Positions 7,097 through 16,805 are shown, numbered from the stretch's first letter. The stretch: 32,000 nt of DNA from an uncultured archaeon (GCA_964468895.1 CAYXWT010000002.1:1-32000), one strand, 5' to 3'. Program-made: numbers and translations. Notes: generated by a model not told the origin, from the sequence alone.

Positions 7097-8470
7097 ATGA
7101 TTATTATGTTAAGAAAAAAATTAAATTTATATAATAATGCTATTAGTTCTTTAATTGCTACTATCTTGTTAGTTGTGGTTTCTGTAGTTGTTGTAATAAT
7201 AATTTTAAATTTTAGTAAAACTTTTACTAATTCATCTATAAGCAAAGTTAGTAATATTAATAATAGTACTCTTGCAGATGTTAAAATGTATTTGCATGGT
7301 GAAGAAAGTAAAAATGGAAGACTTTTTTTTAAATATAATCCTTCTGAAAAATTAAAAAATAGAATTATAAGTGTTTATGGTTATAGTTTATTTGATTATC
7401 CCAGAATAGATTTTAATACTCCAATTGTTTTAATAGAAGGTCTTAATACTTTAGATGTAGGTATAATTTCTGAAACTTACAATTTGGTTTTATATTTAGA
7501 TAATGATTATGAAGTGTTTTTATCTAATATTAAAAACACAAATAAATATCCTAATAGTTGTCCTGATGGCTATATTTCAGTACCTGGTAATGCGCTTTAT
7601 AATACAAATTATCCTAGTACAGGTGGTTTTTGCATTATGCAATATGAAGCTAAAGTTGATGAAAATAATGATGGTATTGGAGATAGTAATCTAGATTGTA
7701 AATATGCTGTAGGTGATGCTTGGCAAACACAAAATTCTGGTGGTCTTATTAATGAAGGTTGTGAAATAGATTATGGTAATAGAAATCTTGTAAGTAGTGC
7801 AGAAGGATATCCTATTAATTATATTGCAAGTGATTATAATGTAGATTATAATTCCGATTATATAGATGCAAAAGATCTTTGTTCTGGTTTAGGTAGTAAT
7901 TATCATTTAACTACAAATGAAGAATGGATGACTATTGCAAGAAATATAGAATTGCAATCAGAAAATTGGAGCGGTGGAGAAGTTGGCTCTGGAAAAATAA
8001 AAAAAGGAAATATAGGTTATAATGAAACTGATGTTTCTTATAAAAATGGTACTTTAGAAATAGTATATACTCCTAAAACTGTAAGTGATGTTACTGCTAA
8101 ATTAATTTTAAGTAATAATTCAGAAATTTGGGATTTTAGTGGTAATCTTAATGAATGGGTAGATAAAAAAACTCAAAGACAAAATTTACCTCAATCTAAT
8201 GAATCTCCTTTTGCAGAATATCCTGAAATTACAGATTATAGTTCTTTAAATTATGAAGATTTATTTTCTCTTAATAGTGATTGGGATAATGATCAAGGAT
8301 TAGGTGAAGTTTATATTTATTATGATGCTGAAAATACAGATTTCAGATCTTGGCTAAGAGGTGGTTGTTATGCGGCTATGACTCATGCTGGAGTTTATTT
8401 GATTGATTGGCAATATAGTACTGCACAACAAATATATAGCACTGGTTTTCGTTGTGTTTATGTTCCTTAA
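7097..8470 (+). CDS. Secreted/surface protein: archaeal type IV pilin-like (class III) signal peptide plus FGE-sulfatase (SUMF1-like, C-type lectin fold) domain
   Basis: N-terminus ..YNNAISSLIATILLVVVSVVVVIIIL matches the archaeal pilin/archaellin N-terminal motif (..SPVIATVLLIAITV..). The C-terminal part has, in order, HLTTNEEWMTIARN, GNLNEWVDK, WLRGGCY and TGFRCVYV, as in FGE-sulfatase domains (WRLPTEAEWE, GNVWEW, RGGSW, GFRC). Confidence 0.65.
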   Translation: MIIMLRKKLNLYNNAISSLIATILLVVVSVVVVIIILNFSKTFTNSSISKVSNINNSTLADVKMYLHGEESKNGRLFFKYNPSEKLKNRIISVYGYSLFDYPRIDFNTPIVLIEGLNTLDVGIISETYNLVLYLDNDYEVFLSNIKNTNKYPNSCPDGYISVPGNALYNTNYPSTGGFCIMQYEAKVDENNDGIGDSNLDCKYAVGDAWQTQNSGGLINEGCEIDYGNRNLVSSAEGYPINYIASDYNVDYNSDYIDAKDLCSGLGSNYHLTTNEEWMTIARNIELQSENWSGGEVGSGKIKKGNIGYNETDVSYKNGTLEIVYTPKTVSDVTAKLILSNNSEIWDFSGNLNEWVDKKTQRQNLPQSNESPFAEYPEITDYSSLNYEDLFSLNSDWDNDQGLGEVYIYYDAENTDFRSWLRGGCYAAMTHAGVYLIDWQYSTAQQIYSTGFRCVYVP

Positions 8471-8541
8471 TCTATTTTTAATTTTAAAGAATTAGTTTTT
8501 ATAAAAAGCAAAAAAGAAGAAATAGAAAAAAATTTATTAAT

Positions 8542-8826
8542 CTATTGTGTTTTAAAGTCTACTTTCTTCATTCTTTTTGGTATTACAAAATATGTCTTTT
8601 GTTTACAAATTTGACATTCTGCAACCCATACTGGTTTTTTATTTTGTTTTTTAACACCTTTAATATGTTTAGCCATACCACCGTAACCACTTTTGTGTTT
8701 AGCTTTATTTTTTCTTGTACCTTTAGCATTTGTTCTTGCTTTCTTTGCTTTATATGCTTTAAGTTTATGTTCTTGGTGTGCGTTACATTTTTTACAGTAA
8801 ATTTTAATAATTTTTGGTATTTCCAT
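8542..8826 (-). CDS. rpl44e: 50S ribosomal protein L44e (eL42)
   Basis: CKKC..H..H .. GYGG .. CQICK zinc-ribbon arrangement. Very basic, 94 aa. Confidence 0.9.
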   Translation of the reverse strand: MEIPKIIKIYCKKCNAHQEHKLKAYKAKKARTNAKGTRKNKAKHKSGYGGMAKHIKGVKKQNKKPVWVAECQICKQKTYFVIPKRMKKVDFKTQ

Positions 8827-9127
8827 ATATCTTCACATTTAATAATTTATAAATTAATTTTTTTAAAAACTTCTAAAAAAAGAGGTGTTCAAACTATCTG
8901 CTTTTAAATAGAATTTAATTGTATTATATAATATTTAAGTACTGTATATATTTAAAAATATTACCTTGTAGGTGATTTTTAAAAATATCTTATAAATATA
9001 ATTATTATTGCTTTTTATTAGTAAATTTAAGTGATTTTAAGTTATTATTTAATAATTTTTATTTTAGTTTATTTTATTAATATTTTGGATATTAGATAAT
9101 ATATTTAAAATTAAAATTTGAGAATTT

Positions 9128-10351
9128 ATGTTAGATACTTTAAATGTCAGAAAAGATTTTCCAATATTAAATAGAACCTTAGAAAATAATAAAAAATTAA
9201 TCTATTTTGATAATGCAGCGACTTCTCTTAAACCAAAATTAGTAATAGAAGCTATAAATAATTACTATTTAAATTGTCCAGCTAATGTTCATAGAGGTAA
9301 TCATAAATTATCTCAAAAAGCTTCTATTATTTATGAAGAAACTCATGATAAAGTTGCGAATTTTGTTAATTGTAAAAATAATGAAGTTATTTTTACTTTA
9401 AATAGTACAGATGCAATAAATGAAGTGATGTATAGTTTATATAATTCTAATTATTTTAAAAAAGATGATGAAATTATAGTTAGTTTAGCTGAACATCATG
9501 CAAATCTAGTTCCTTGGCAATATTTATCTAAAAAACTAGGCTTAATTTTAAAATTTATAAATATTAAAGATGATTTTACTTTAGATTTAGAAGATTTTAA
9601 AAATAAAATTACAAATAAAACAAAATTAGTTTGTATAAGTCATATATCTAATACTTTAGGAACTATTAATCCAATTAAAGATATAGGTAAAATTACTCAC
9701 AATTACAATTCTTTAATACTGGTTGATTGTTCTCAATCAGCACCACATCTAAAACTTGATTTTAAAGATTTAGATGCTGATTTTATAGTCTTTACAGCTC
9801 ATAAAATGTTAGGTCCAACAGGTATTGGATGTTTGATTGCTAAAGAAGAATTATTAAATAAATTAGAACCATTTAGATTTGGTGGAGGTATGATTAGTAA
9901 TGTTACAACTACTAATTCTGTTTGGAATAAACTACCTTTAAAATTTGAAGCTGGAACTCCAAATATTGCTGGTGCTTTTGGACTTAGTGCAGCTATTGAT
10001 TACTTAAGTAATATTGGTTTAGATAATATTTATAATAAAGATAAAGAATTATTAAAATACGCTATTGAAAAACTAGATCCTATTGATAATTTAAGTATTT
10101 ATAATATAAAAGATTATAATAAACAAGCACCAATTCTTCTTTTAGATTTGAAAGGTATTGATTGTAGAATATTTTCTACAATTCTTGATGATGAAGCAAA
10201 TATTGCAACTAGAGCTGGAGTTCATTGTGCTCAACCTATAATAAACAAATATACAAAAGATGGTTTTACAAGAGTATCTTTTTATTTTTATAATACTTTT
10301 GAAGAAATAGATGTTCTTGAAAAAACTATTAAAAAAATTAGTAATCTATAA
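9128..10351 (+). CDS. sufS: Cysteine desulfurase, SufS/CsdA-like class V aminotransferase
   Basis: FPIL..IYFDNAATSLKP, ANVHRG.HKLS, PLP lysine in FTAHKMLGPTGIG, and active-site RAGVHCAQP. Confidence 0.85.
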   Translation: MLDTLNVRKDFPILNRTLENNKKLIYFDNAATSLKPKLVIEAINNYYLNCPANVHRGNHKLSQKASIIYEETHDKVANFVNCKNNEVIFTLNSTDAINEVMYSLYNSNYFKKDDEIIVSLAEHHANLVPWQYLSKKLGLILKFINIKDDFTLDLEDFKNKITNKTKLVCISHISNTLGTINPIKDIGKITHNYNSLILVDCSQSAPHLKLDFKDLDADFIVFTAHKMLGPTGIGCLIAKEELLNKLEPFRFGGGMISNVTTTNSVWNKLPLKFEAGTPNIAGAFGLSAAIDYLSNIGLDNIYNKDKELLKYAIEKLDPIDNLSIYNIKDYNKQAPILLLDLKGIDCRIFSTILDDEANIATRAGVHCAQPIINKYTKDGFTRVSFYFYNTFEEIDVLEKTIKKISNL

Positions 10352-10369
10352 TTACTTATTTTTTAAATT

Positions 10370-11145
10370 ATGATGTTTATGAATCTATTTATAATTTTTT
10401 TAATACTGTCACTAATAGATGTAATGATAATAATTTTTGTTTTTATTAAGTATCTTAAAGTTTTAAAGAAATATAATTTATTTAAAAAAATAAAATTATT
10501 TAAAATTAATGAAATTGTTTTAGGTATAGTTAGAGTTTCTGGAACTGCAAAAGTGATAAAGCTAATAAAAACACCTTTTTCTAAAACTAATTGTGTTTTT
10601 TATAGATATGTCGAAGCAAAATTTAATGTTCATAAAAAGTATGGTCATTCAGAAATTATAAAAGATGTTGTTAGTAAACAAAATTTTATGATAGAGGATG
10701 ATACTGGGAAGTTAGAAATAAATCCTATAAAAATATTTCCTGGTTTAGATCTTGAAAATTTTTTATACAATTTAATGATGATGGTAACAATAAAAATTAC
10801 TTTAATAAAAAAACATTTGAAAATATTAAAGAAATGAACTCATCTAGTTGTTTTGTTTTTAAAGATGGAGATAAATTGTTATCGGAATATTTTATTTTGC
10901 CTGGTGAGAATGTAAGTGTTATTGGTAATATTAATAAAAAGAATAGTTTTTCAAATTATATTCTTGAATTTTTAAATAAAGATGATTTATTTGTTATTTG
11001 GCAAGGTAGTTTCAAAAAGTTAAAAAAAAAATATTGTGTAGTCCCAGGAATTCACCTTTTTATTTTTATTTTATTAATTTTATTTTCGATAGTTTTTTTT
11101 ATAGTGGGTTTATTTATGTTTATATTTTATTTTCTGTTTTTATAA
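10370..11145 (+). pseudogene. GIDE-domain-like membrane protein split into two ORFs (10370-10837, 10834-11145) by a -1 frame change at 10756-10764
   Basis: N-terminal TM plus GIVRVSGTAKVIKLIKTPFSKTNCVFYRY (GIDE-type motif), then ILPGENVSVIGN and a C-terminal TM in the other frame. The second frame is open and protein-like from 10756 (KFFIQFNDDGNNKNYF..). Confidence 0.6.
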
Positions 11146-11273
11146 TGTTAAAATAGGGGCTTTTTTAATTAAAAACACATTATATAAATATTTTGGATAT
11201 TTAATATTTTATCTTTATATAAAAAGAGAGTGATATATAAATAAAAATATGAATTTTACTGGAGGTTTTAACA

Positions 11274-11549
11274 ATGGAAGAAGAAACAAACACTATTTTT
11301 ATTGGAAAAAAAAACACCATGGCTTATGTACTTGCTGTGATAACTCAGTTTAATCAAGGTGCCGAAGAAGTAGTTATTAAAGCTAGAGGTAAAACAATTT
11401 CAAAAGCAGTAGATGTATCAGAAATTGTAAAAAACAAATTTGTAAACACTCTTAAAGTTAAAAACATAATTATATCTACAGAAGAAATAATTACTGGAAA
11501 CGATACACCTATGAAAGTTTCAGCAATAGAGATTCAACTTCTTAAATAA
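11274..11549 (+). CDS. albA: DNA/RNA-binding protein Alba
   Basis: NTIFIGKK..MAYVLAVITQFNQGAEEVVIKARGKTISKAVDVSEIVKNKF..VSAIEIQL. GGAGGT Shine-Dalgarno upstream. 91 aa. Confidence 0.9.
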   Translation: MEEETNTIFIGKKNTMAYVLAVITQFNQGAEEVVIKARGKTISKAVDVSEIVKNKFVNTLKVKNIIISTEEIITGNDTPMKVSAIEIQLLK

Positions 11550-11590
11550 CATTTAAAATAAATTTTTACTTTATTTCTTTTTTTTAATTT

Positions 11591-12643
11591 TTAGTTATTT
11601 ATTATTTTAGGTATTGGTAAATTTAATTCTAAAAAGTAATGTTGTATTTTAGACGAGAACTTATGTTTGTTTACTTTGTCTATAGTTTTATTATTTGTAT
11701 TCAAAGGCCTTTTATTTAAATTTAAATATGTTTGCTTGGTTTTTAATTCTATTTTCTTATTATAAAATTTAGTATTTGTATTTTCTAGAAATAATGGTAT
11801 TTCTTTAATTAAATTATTAAGTAGAGCATATTCTGTTAAATATTGAATAAATTGTATATTCTCTTGTAAGTTTTTGTTTTTAATATTATTTATCATATTT
11901 TTATTAGAATGTATTTTTTTAGTTATATCTATTGATTTTTTTAAATCTTCTAGTTTCCTATTAATGTTAGTGGTAATTTCATAATCCAAATTATTTTTAT
12001 TATGTGCTAAAGATTTATTACTTATAATTAAATCTTTTTTAAAGAAATCATTTTCTAGAAGTGTATTAATTATTTGTGAATTTTTTATGTTTTTTTGAGG
12101 TTTAGTTTTTAATAGGTTGCTTATTATTAGTTTTTTAGTAATTGGTTCAATTAATTTCTTTTGAATATTTAAATTGGTATTTTCTAGATATTTTTTTACA
12201 CCTAAATGAATTAAATCTTTACTATCTACTTTTCTAATTTTGTTTTTTAAAATTAAAGAAAATGAATCATAATACGACCAATTATTATTTATTAAAAACT
12301 GTCTTTCAGGTTCAATTTCTAATATCTCTTTATTTAAAGAATACTTTAGTATATTTTGACATTTTCTAAGAATAATATTATTTACAGATATGATTTTTAT
12401 TTTGTTTTTTTCAATTTTTTTTATTTTTATTAACCCTTTAAATTCAGAAAGTAAATTAGATATCATTTCTTTAGAATTATTAATTATAAAATAGGGGTAG
12501 TATTTTTCTTTATGAATATATTCAAAATTATTAGATAAAGGATTTCTAGAAAAATATAGCTTGATTCTGCTTTTATTATTTTCATATTCAGCATTTAAAA
12601 GAAAATATTTTTCTTTATCTTTATTTGTATTTTTTAATTCCAT
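11591..12643 (-). CDS. Hypothetical K/N-rich protein
   Basis: Long uninterrupted ORF. No catalytic motifs recognised. The N-terminal ~130 aa faintly resemble a family B DNA polymerase N-terminal domain (see findings). Confidence 0.5.
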   Translation of the reverse strand: MELKNTNKDKEKYFLLNAEYENNKSRIKLYFSRNPLSNNFEYIHKEKYYPYFIINNSKEMISNLLSEFKGLIKIKKIEKNKIKIISVNNIILRKCQNILKYSLNKEILEIEPERQFLINNNWSYYDSFSLILKNKIRKVDSKDLIHLGVKKYLENTNLNIQKKLIEPITKKLIISNLLKTKPQKNIKNSQIINTLLENDFFKKDLIISNKSLAHNKNNLDYEITTNINRKLEDLKKSIDITKKIHSNKNMINNIKNKNLQENIQFIQYLTEYALLNNLIKEIPLFLENTNTKFYNKKIELKTKQTYLNLNKRPLNTNNKTIDKVNKHKFSSKIQHYFLELNLPIPKIINN

Positions 12644-12778
12644 AATTTTTAAACCATTTTCAATTAATTTTTAGATTAATATATATTTAACCTTTAAAGC
12701 AGGTAATGTTTTTGAAAGAGGGTAGTTGGCCGTAGCAAATAAATATATATATAAAGAAAATGTTCTTTATTTTATTAT

Positions 12779-14485
12779 ATGTTTTTAAATAATACTTCTA
12801 AAAATCAATATTATTACGAATTTAAATTAATTTTGTTTTCAATATTTTTATTATTTATATTTAAGTTAGTGGTGATTAAAGATCCTGGGCTTATAATAAC
12901 TACATTTATATTTGAGAGTTTAATTTTTTTATTAATATTTCTTTTATTTTATAAATTTAGAAATCGTACCGCAGATTTTATCTTTTATATATTTTATTTT
13001 GTACATTTTATAACATCTATTTTGAACACATATTATATTCAAGACATATTATTTAGAAAATTATCTTTATTATCTTTAGATTGGGGGTCAATTTTATTTT
13101 TTATAAAAAACATACTTCCTTTAAATTTAATGATAGTTTTTGTTTTTGCAATAATAATTTTATTAACAGTTCCTAGATTTGTAAAAATTAATTTTAAATT
13201 TAATAAATATCTTTGTAATAAAAATTATATTTTAAGTATAATTTTAATTATCTTTTTTCTTGTAATTATTCCTTTAATTTCTGGAGATCATTTTACAAGT
13301 CCTTATGTTAATAGTTTTAGAAGTATTAATTTTACAAAACAAGAGGTTAATGTTTATGATTATCAAGTTTTAGAAGATATTAATTATGATTCTGATTTTA
13401 ATTATCTTTTTAGTGAAATTGAATATCCTGATTCTAATATGATTTTAGATTATAATAGAGTATTAGTTTTTGTGGCTGAGTCTTTACCTACTAATAAATT
13501 TGAATTAGAATTAAAACTAGGTGATGAAGATAATTTTTTTAATAAGGTAAAAGATAAATCTATATTTTTTGATAATTATTCTACTAATAATCAAGATAGT
13601 AGAACTGCAGTAATGAGTATGCTTTCAGGTATATTTATACCTTATGAATCTTATAGACATGCTGATTGGTATGGTCTTTATGCTAAAAAGGTTCTTAATA
13701 AAAATAATCTTGTAGATTATTTTAATAGTAAAGGTTATTCTACAGAATTTATGATTTCTTCTATAGAAACCCCTATTGTAGGTGCTTATTATAATTGGCA
13801 AGTTAATCATAATATAGATGATAAAGAAGAATATAATAAATTTAATAATAATAATATCTGTATGCATGTTTTAGAATACCAATATGGTTGTGAGGATATG
13901 GATCTTCTTGATGATCTTAAAGATCTGTTAAAAAATAAAGATAAATTGTTTTTTATGCAAGAATTTATATTTGGCCACAATCAGGACTATCTTAGTTTAT
14001 CTGGTATGAATAGAACTCAATATTATAGTTCTTATCTCAATAAAGTTTATACTTTTTTAGAATATGAAGATTTATTAGATGGTACTTTAATAGTATTTGT
14101 TGGAGATCATGGATCTAAAGAGTATAATACTATAAGATTAGATACAGGTTATAAAGTACCTTTAGTCTTAGTTTCTAATAATTTTGAGTCTAAGATTATT
14201 TCAAAACCTTATTCTCATATTAATTTCCCAGAAATTTTATATTCAGTGGTTTTAGATAATAATAAATCTAATTTGGAATTTCCAAAAATAGATGTTAATT
14301 ATGTTTTATTTTATGGATCTACTAGTAGTAATTTATTTGGATTTTCTAAAGATAGAAGTTATGCTATATATAATATAACTTTAAATCCTATAGTTGAAAC
14401 TTATGCCAATATTTCTGAAAATGATGCTGATTATATGTATAATCTAATTTATAATTATAAAAAATATTTTGATATTCAAAAGTAA
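12779..14485 (+). CDS. LtaS/sulfatase-family membrane protein (alkaline-phosphatase superfamily transferase)
   Basis: About five N-terminal TM segments, then VLVFVAESLP (metal-binding Glu), NQDSRTAVMSMLSG (nucleophile Thr context) and LIVFVGDHGS, as in LTA synthase and phosphoethanolamine transferase families. Confidence 0.7.
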   Translation: MFLNNTSKNQYYYEFKLILFSIFLLFIFKLVVIKDPGLIITTFIFESLIFLLIFLLFYKFRNRTADFIFYIFYFVHFITSILNTYYIQDILFRKLSLLSLDWGSILFFIKNILPLNLMIVFVFAIIILLTVPRFVKINFKFNKYLCNKNYILSIILIIFFLVIIPLISGDHFTSPYVNSFRSINFTKQEVNVYDYQVLEDINYDSDFNYLFSEIEYPDSNMILDYNRVLVFVAESLPTNKFELELKLGDEDNFFNKVKDKSIFFDNYSTNNQDSRTAVMSMLSGIFIPYESYRHADWYGLYAKKVLNKNNLVDYFNSKGYSTEFMISSIETPIVGAYYNWQVNHNIDDKEEYNKFNNNNICMHVLEYQYGCEDMDLLDDLKDLLKNKDKLFFMQEFIFGHNQDYLSLSGMNRTQYYSSYLNKVYTFLEYEDLLDGTLIVFVGDHGSKEYNTIRLDTGYKVPLVLVSNNFESKIISKPYSHINFPEILYSVVLDNNKSNLEFPKIDVNYVLFYGSTSSNLFGFSKDRSYAIYNITLNPIVETYANISENDADYMYNLIYNYKKYFDIQK

Positions 14486-14497
14486 ATAGGTGATAAA

Positions 14498-15397
14498 ATG
14501 ATTTATGTGGTAGGGCATGAATACCCTAAAAGTGATATAGATTCTGTGTTTTCTTCAATTTTACTTTCTAACTTTTTAGAGAATAATTCTAAATGTAAAA
14601 CTAAGCCTATAAGATTTAATAAAAAAGTAAAAAATATTGATCTAATTCTACAGAAACTAAAATTTGACTATCCTAAAAAGTATAAAGTTAAAGATAATGA
14701 TTTGTTTGTACTAGTAGATCATAATGATTTAGATCAATCTCTTAATCATTATAATCTCTCTAATAAAGTTTGGGGTATTATAGATCATCATTCTGATTTA
14801 CATACTGTAAAACCTATTGAATTTAATATTAATAAAAAAATAGGTGCTACTGCAACAATTATTTATCAACTATATAAAGAAAAGAATATTAAAATTACTA
14901 AAAAAATTGCTCAATTGTTTGTATATGCTATAATTTCGGACACCAAAAATCTACTTTTAGAGACAACTACTAAAAAAGATATTATCGCACTTGATGAATT
15001 GTATTCTAAATTTAAATTAAAAGATAAATCTAAAATATTTGCAGAAATTTATAATTTTAAAGATTTAAATAATGTGTCTTGTTCTAAGTTATTAGATAAT
15101 AGTTATAAGTTTTATAATTTTAATAATTCTAAAATACGTATTAGTAATATAAATGTAGACTCTAGTTTTAATAAACAAGAATTGGTTATAGATTATTTAA
15201 AAAATAATATCTCTAAAACATATTCTGAATTTGATTTAGTTGTTCTTTCATTTAAGGATTTTGATATTTTTAAGACAAAAGTATTTTACTTTGGAAAACT
15301 AAAGTGTTATTTTAAAAATTACACTTATAATTTTTTAAGAACTAGAAAGATATTAGCCTTTAAAATTAAAACTAAGTTAGATTCTTTAAAATATTGA
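14498..15397 (+). CDS. DHH/DHHA2 phosphoesterase, family II inorganic pyrophosphatase-like
   Basis: VVGHEYPKSDID (motif I with a 2-residue insertion), LVDHND, IIDHHS, IISDTKN, and C-terminal LRTRKILAF resembling the PPase SRKKQ motif. AGGTGA Shine-Dalgarno upstream. Confidence 0.55.
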   Translation: MIYVVGHEYPKSDIDSVFSSILLSNFLENNSKCKTKPIRFNKKVKNIDLILQKLKFDYPKKYKVKDNDLFVLVDHNDLDQSLNHYNLSNKVWGIIDHHSDLHTVKPIEFNINKKIGATATIIYQLYKEKNIKITKKIAQLFVYAIISDTKNLLLETTTKKDIIALDELYSKFKLKDKSKIFAEIYNFKDLNNVSCSKLLDNSYKFYNFNNSKIRISNINVDSSFNKQELVIDYLKNNISKTYSEFDLVVLSFKDFDIFKTKVFYFGKLKCYFKNYTYNFLRTRKILAFKIKTKLDSLKY

Positions 15398-15470
15398 CAT
15401 TTTTTTAAATATAAATTATATTTATATAGACTTTGATAGTATTATATATTATTAGAATATAGGTTTTCAT

Positions 15471-16805
15471 ATGAATTTTAAATCATTATTTAATAAAAAT
15501 AAAATTTCAAATAAATTGTTCTTACTTTTTATTTTTATAGTTATAGCAATGTTTGTGCATTATTCATTTAAGTTAAACTGGTTTTTATTTATTACTCTTT
15601 CAGCAATATTCTTATATATGACAATTATATTTATATTTACTTATTTTTTATATCCTGAAATTTCAAAAACTAAAAAATTACCAGCAAAATTACCACAAGT
15701 TGTAGCAGTGACTTATGCTTTTAATGATTGGACTGCTGTAAGATATACTGTTGAAAAACTAAAAAAATTAAAATATCCAAAAAAAGTTCCTATATATGTT
15801 ATAACAGATGGTACTTGTAAATTTTTAGATTCTGATAAAGATATAACCCAGATAGTTTTACCTAAAAAATATTTTACTGGAAATCAAATAAATGTAAAAG
15901 CTACAATTATGAATCTAGGTCTTAAAAAAATAAAAACAGATTATTTATTTTGTGTAGATGGGGATACTCTTCCTAATGCTGATGCACTAATAAATATGGT
16001 TGGATTTATGACTAAAAATGTAGCTGTTGTTAATGGAATATTATTACCAAGTAATAATAAAAATTTTTTAGAAAAATTACAAACTTTAGAATATAATTTT
16101 AGTTGGGGTATAAGTCTAAGAGTTTTATCTGCATTAAATTCTATAAGTGTTGCTGTTGGAGGTATGTGCTTAATTAAAAAAGCTGCTTTTGATAAGGTAG
16201 GTGGCTATGATGAAACTAATGTTACCGAGGATAGAGAACTTGCTTATAGACTTATGGAAGAAGGCTATGTTATAAGATGTGCTGAAAGTTCAAGAGGTTA
16301 TACTGAAGTTCCAAATACTATTAAATCTTTTTTTAATCAAAGATTTAGATGGTACACAGGAGAAATCGCTACAATCTGCAAACATAAAAAGTTTCTATTT
16401 AATCATAATCAAGATGTTTTTGGTTTAATTGTTTTACCTTATACTTTTATTATGCAAATAGTGGGTGTTGCATTAGTTATTAAAATGTTATTTTTTAATT
16501 TTAAAAATTGGTTGATTTTCAATTATTATTATTTGTTAGAATCTTTGAAGTATGGTGTTTTAAGTTTACAATTTTCTAAGTTTGTTTATTTGCCTTCAAC
16601 AACAATTATGGGAGGTATGATAATTTGTATATTTATTATCTTTGCTTTATTATCTTTTTCATTTAGTGATTTTGAATTAAAACCAAAATATTATTTTCCA
16701 TTTTTTATATTTTCCTCACTTTATGGTGCAGGATTATTAGGTATATATATTTATTCTATGATTAGAGAATTTTTAGGAAGTGATTACAGATGGGTAAAAA
16801 GTTAG
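15471..16805 (+). CDS. Processive family 2 glycosyltransferase (PgaC/NodC/hyaluronan-synthase-like synthase-translocase)
   Basis: N-terminal and C-terminal TM bundles flank a GT-A domain with CVDGDT, TEDRELAYRL and QRFRW (Q(R/Q)xRW) motifs. Confidence 0.8.
   Translation: MNFKSLFNKNKISNKLFLLFIFIVIAMFVHYSFKLNWFLFITLSAIFLYMTIIFIFTYFLYPEISKTKKLPAKLPQVVAVTYAFNDWTAVRYTVEKLKKLKYPKKVPIYVITDGTCKFLDSDKDITQIVLPKKYFTGNQINVKATIMNLGLKKIKTDYLFCVDGDTLPNADALINMVGFMTKNVAVVNGILLPSNNKNFLEKLQTLEYNFSWGISLRVLSALNSISVAVGGMCLIKKAAFDKVGGYDETNVTEDRELAYRLMEEGYVIRCAESSRGYTEVPNTIKSFFNQRFRWYTGEIATICKHKKFLFNHNQDVFGLIVLPYTFIMQIVGVALVIKMLFFNFKNWLIFNYYYLLESLKYGVLSLQFSKFVYLPSTTIMGGMIICIFIIFALLSFSFSDFELKPKYYFPFFIFSSLYGAGLLGIYIYSMIREFLGSDYRWVKS

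Noticed and set aside
7503-7694. ORF 7503-7694 (+), out of frame inside the pilin-like gene
   Set aside because: It is an alternative frame of a gene with clear domain signatures. The I/L/M/V-rich translation looks spurious.
8545-8907. ORF 8545-8907 (+), opposite rpl44e
   Set aside because: It is antisense to an unmistakable ribosomal protein gene. The F/C/T-rich translation is nonsense-like.
12690-12745. Relatively GC-rich patch (cctttaaagcaggtaatgtttttgaaagagggtagttggccgtagc) in the divergent spacer, considered as a tRNA half or small RNA
   Set aside because: GGCCGTAGC resembles the start of a tRNA D arm. However, I could not build an acceptor or anticodon stem, a complementary split-tRNA leader, or C/D boxes on either strand. 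It is most likely promoter or UTR sequence. A covariance-model scan would settle it.
13625-13867. ORF 13625-13867 (-), inside the LtaS-like gene
   Set aside because: It is antisense to a gene with conserved sulfatase-family motifs, and the translation is isoleucine-rich low complexity.
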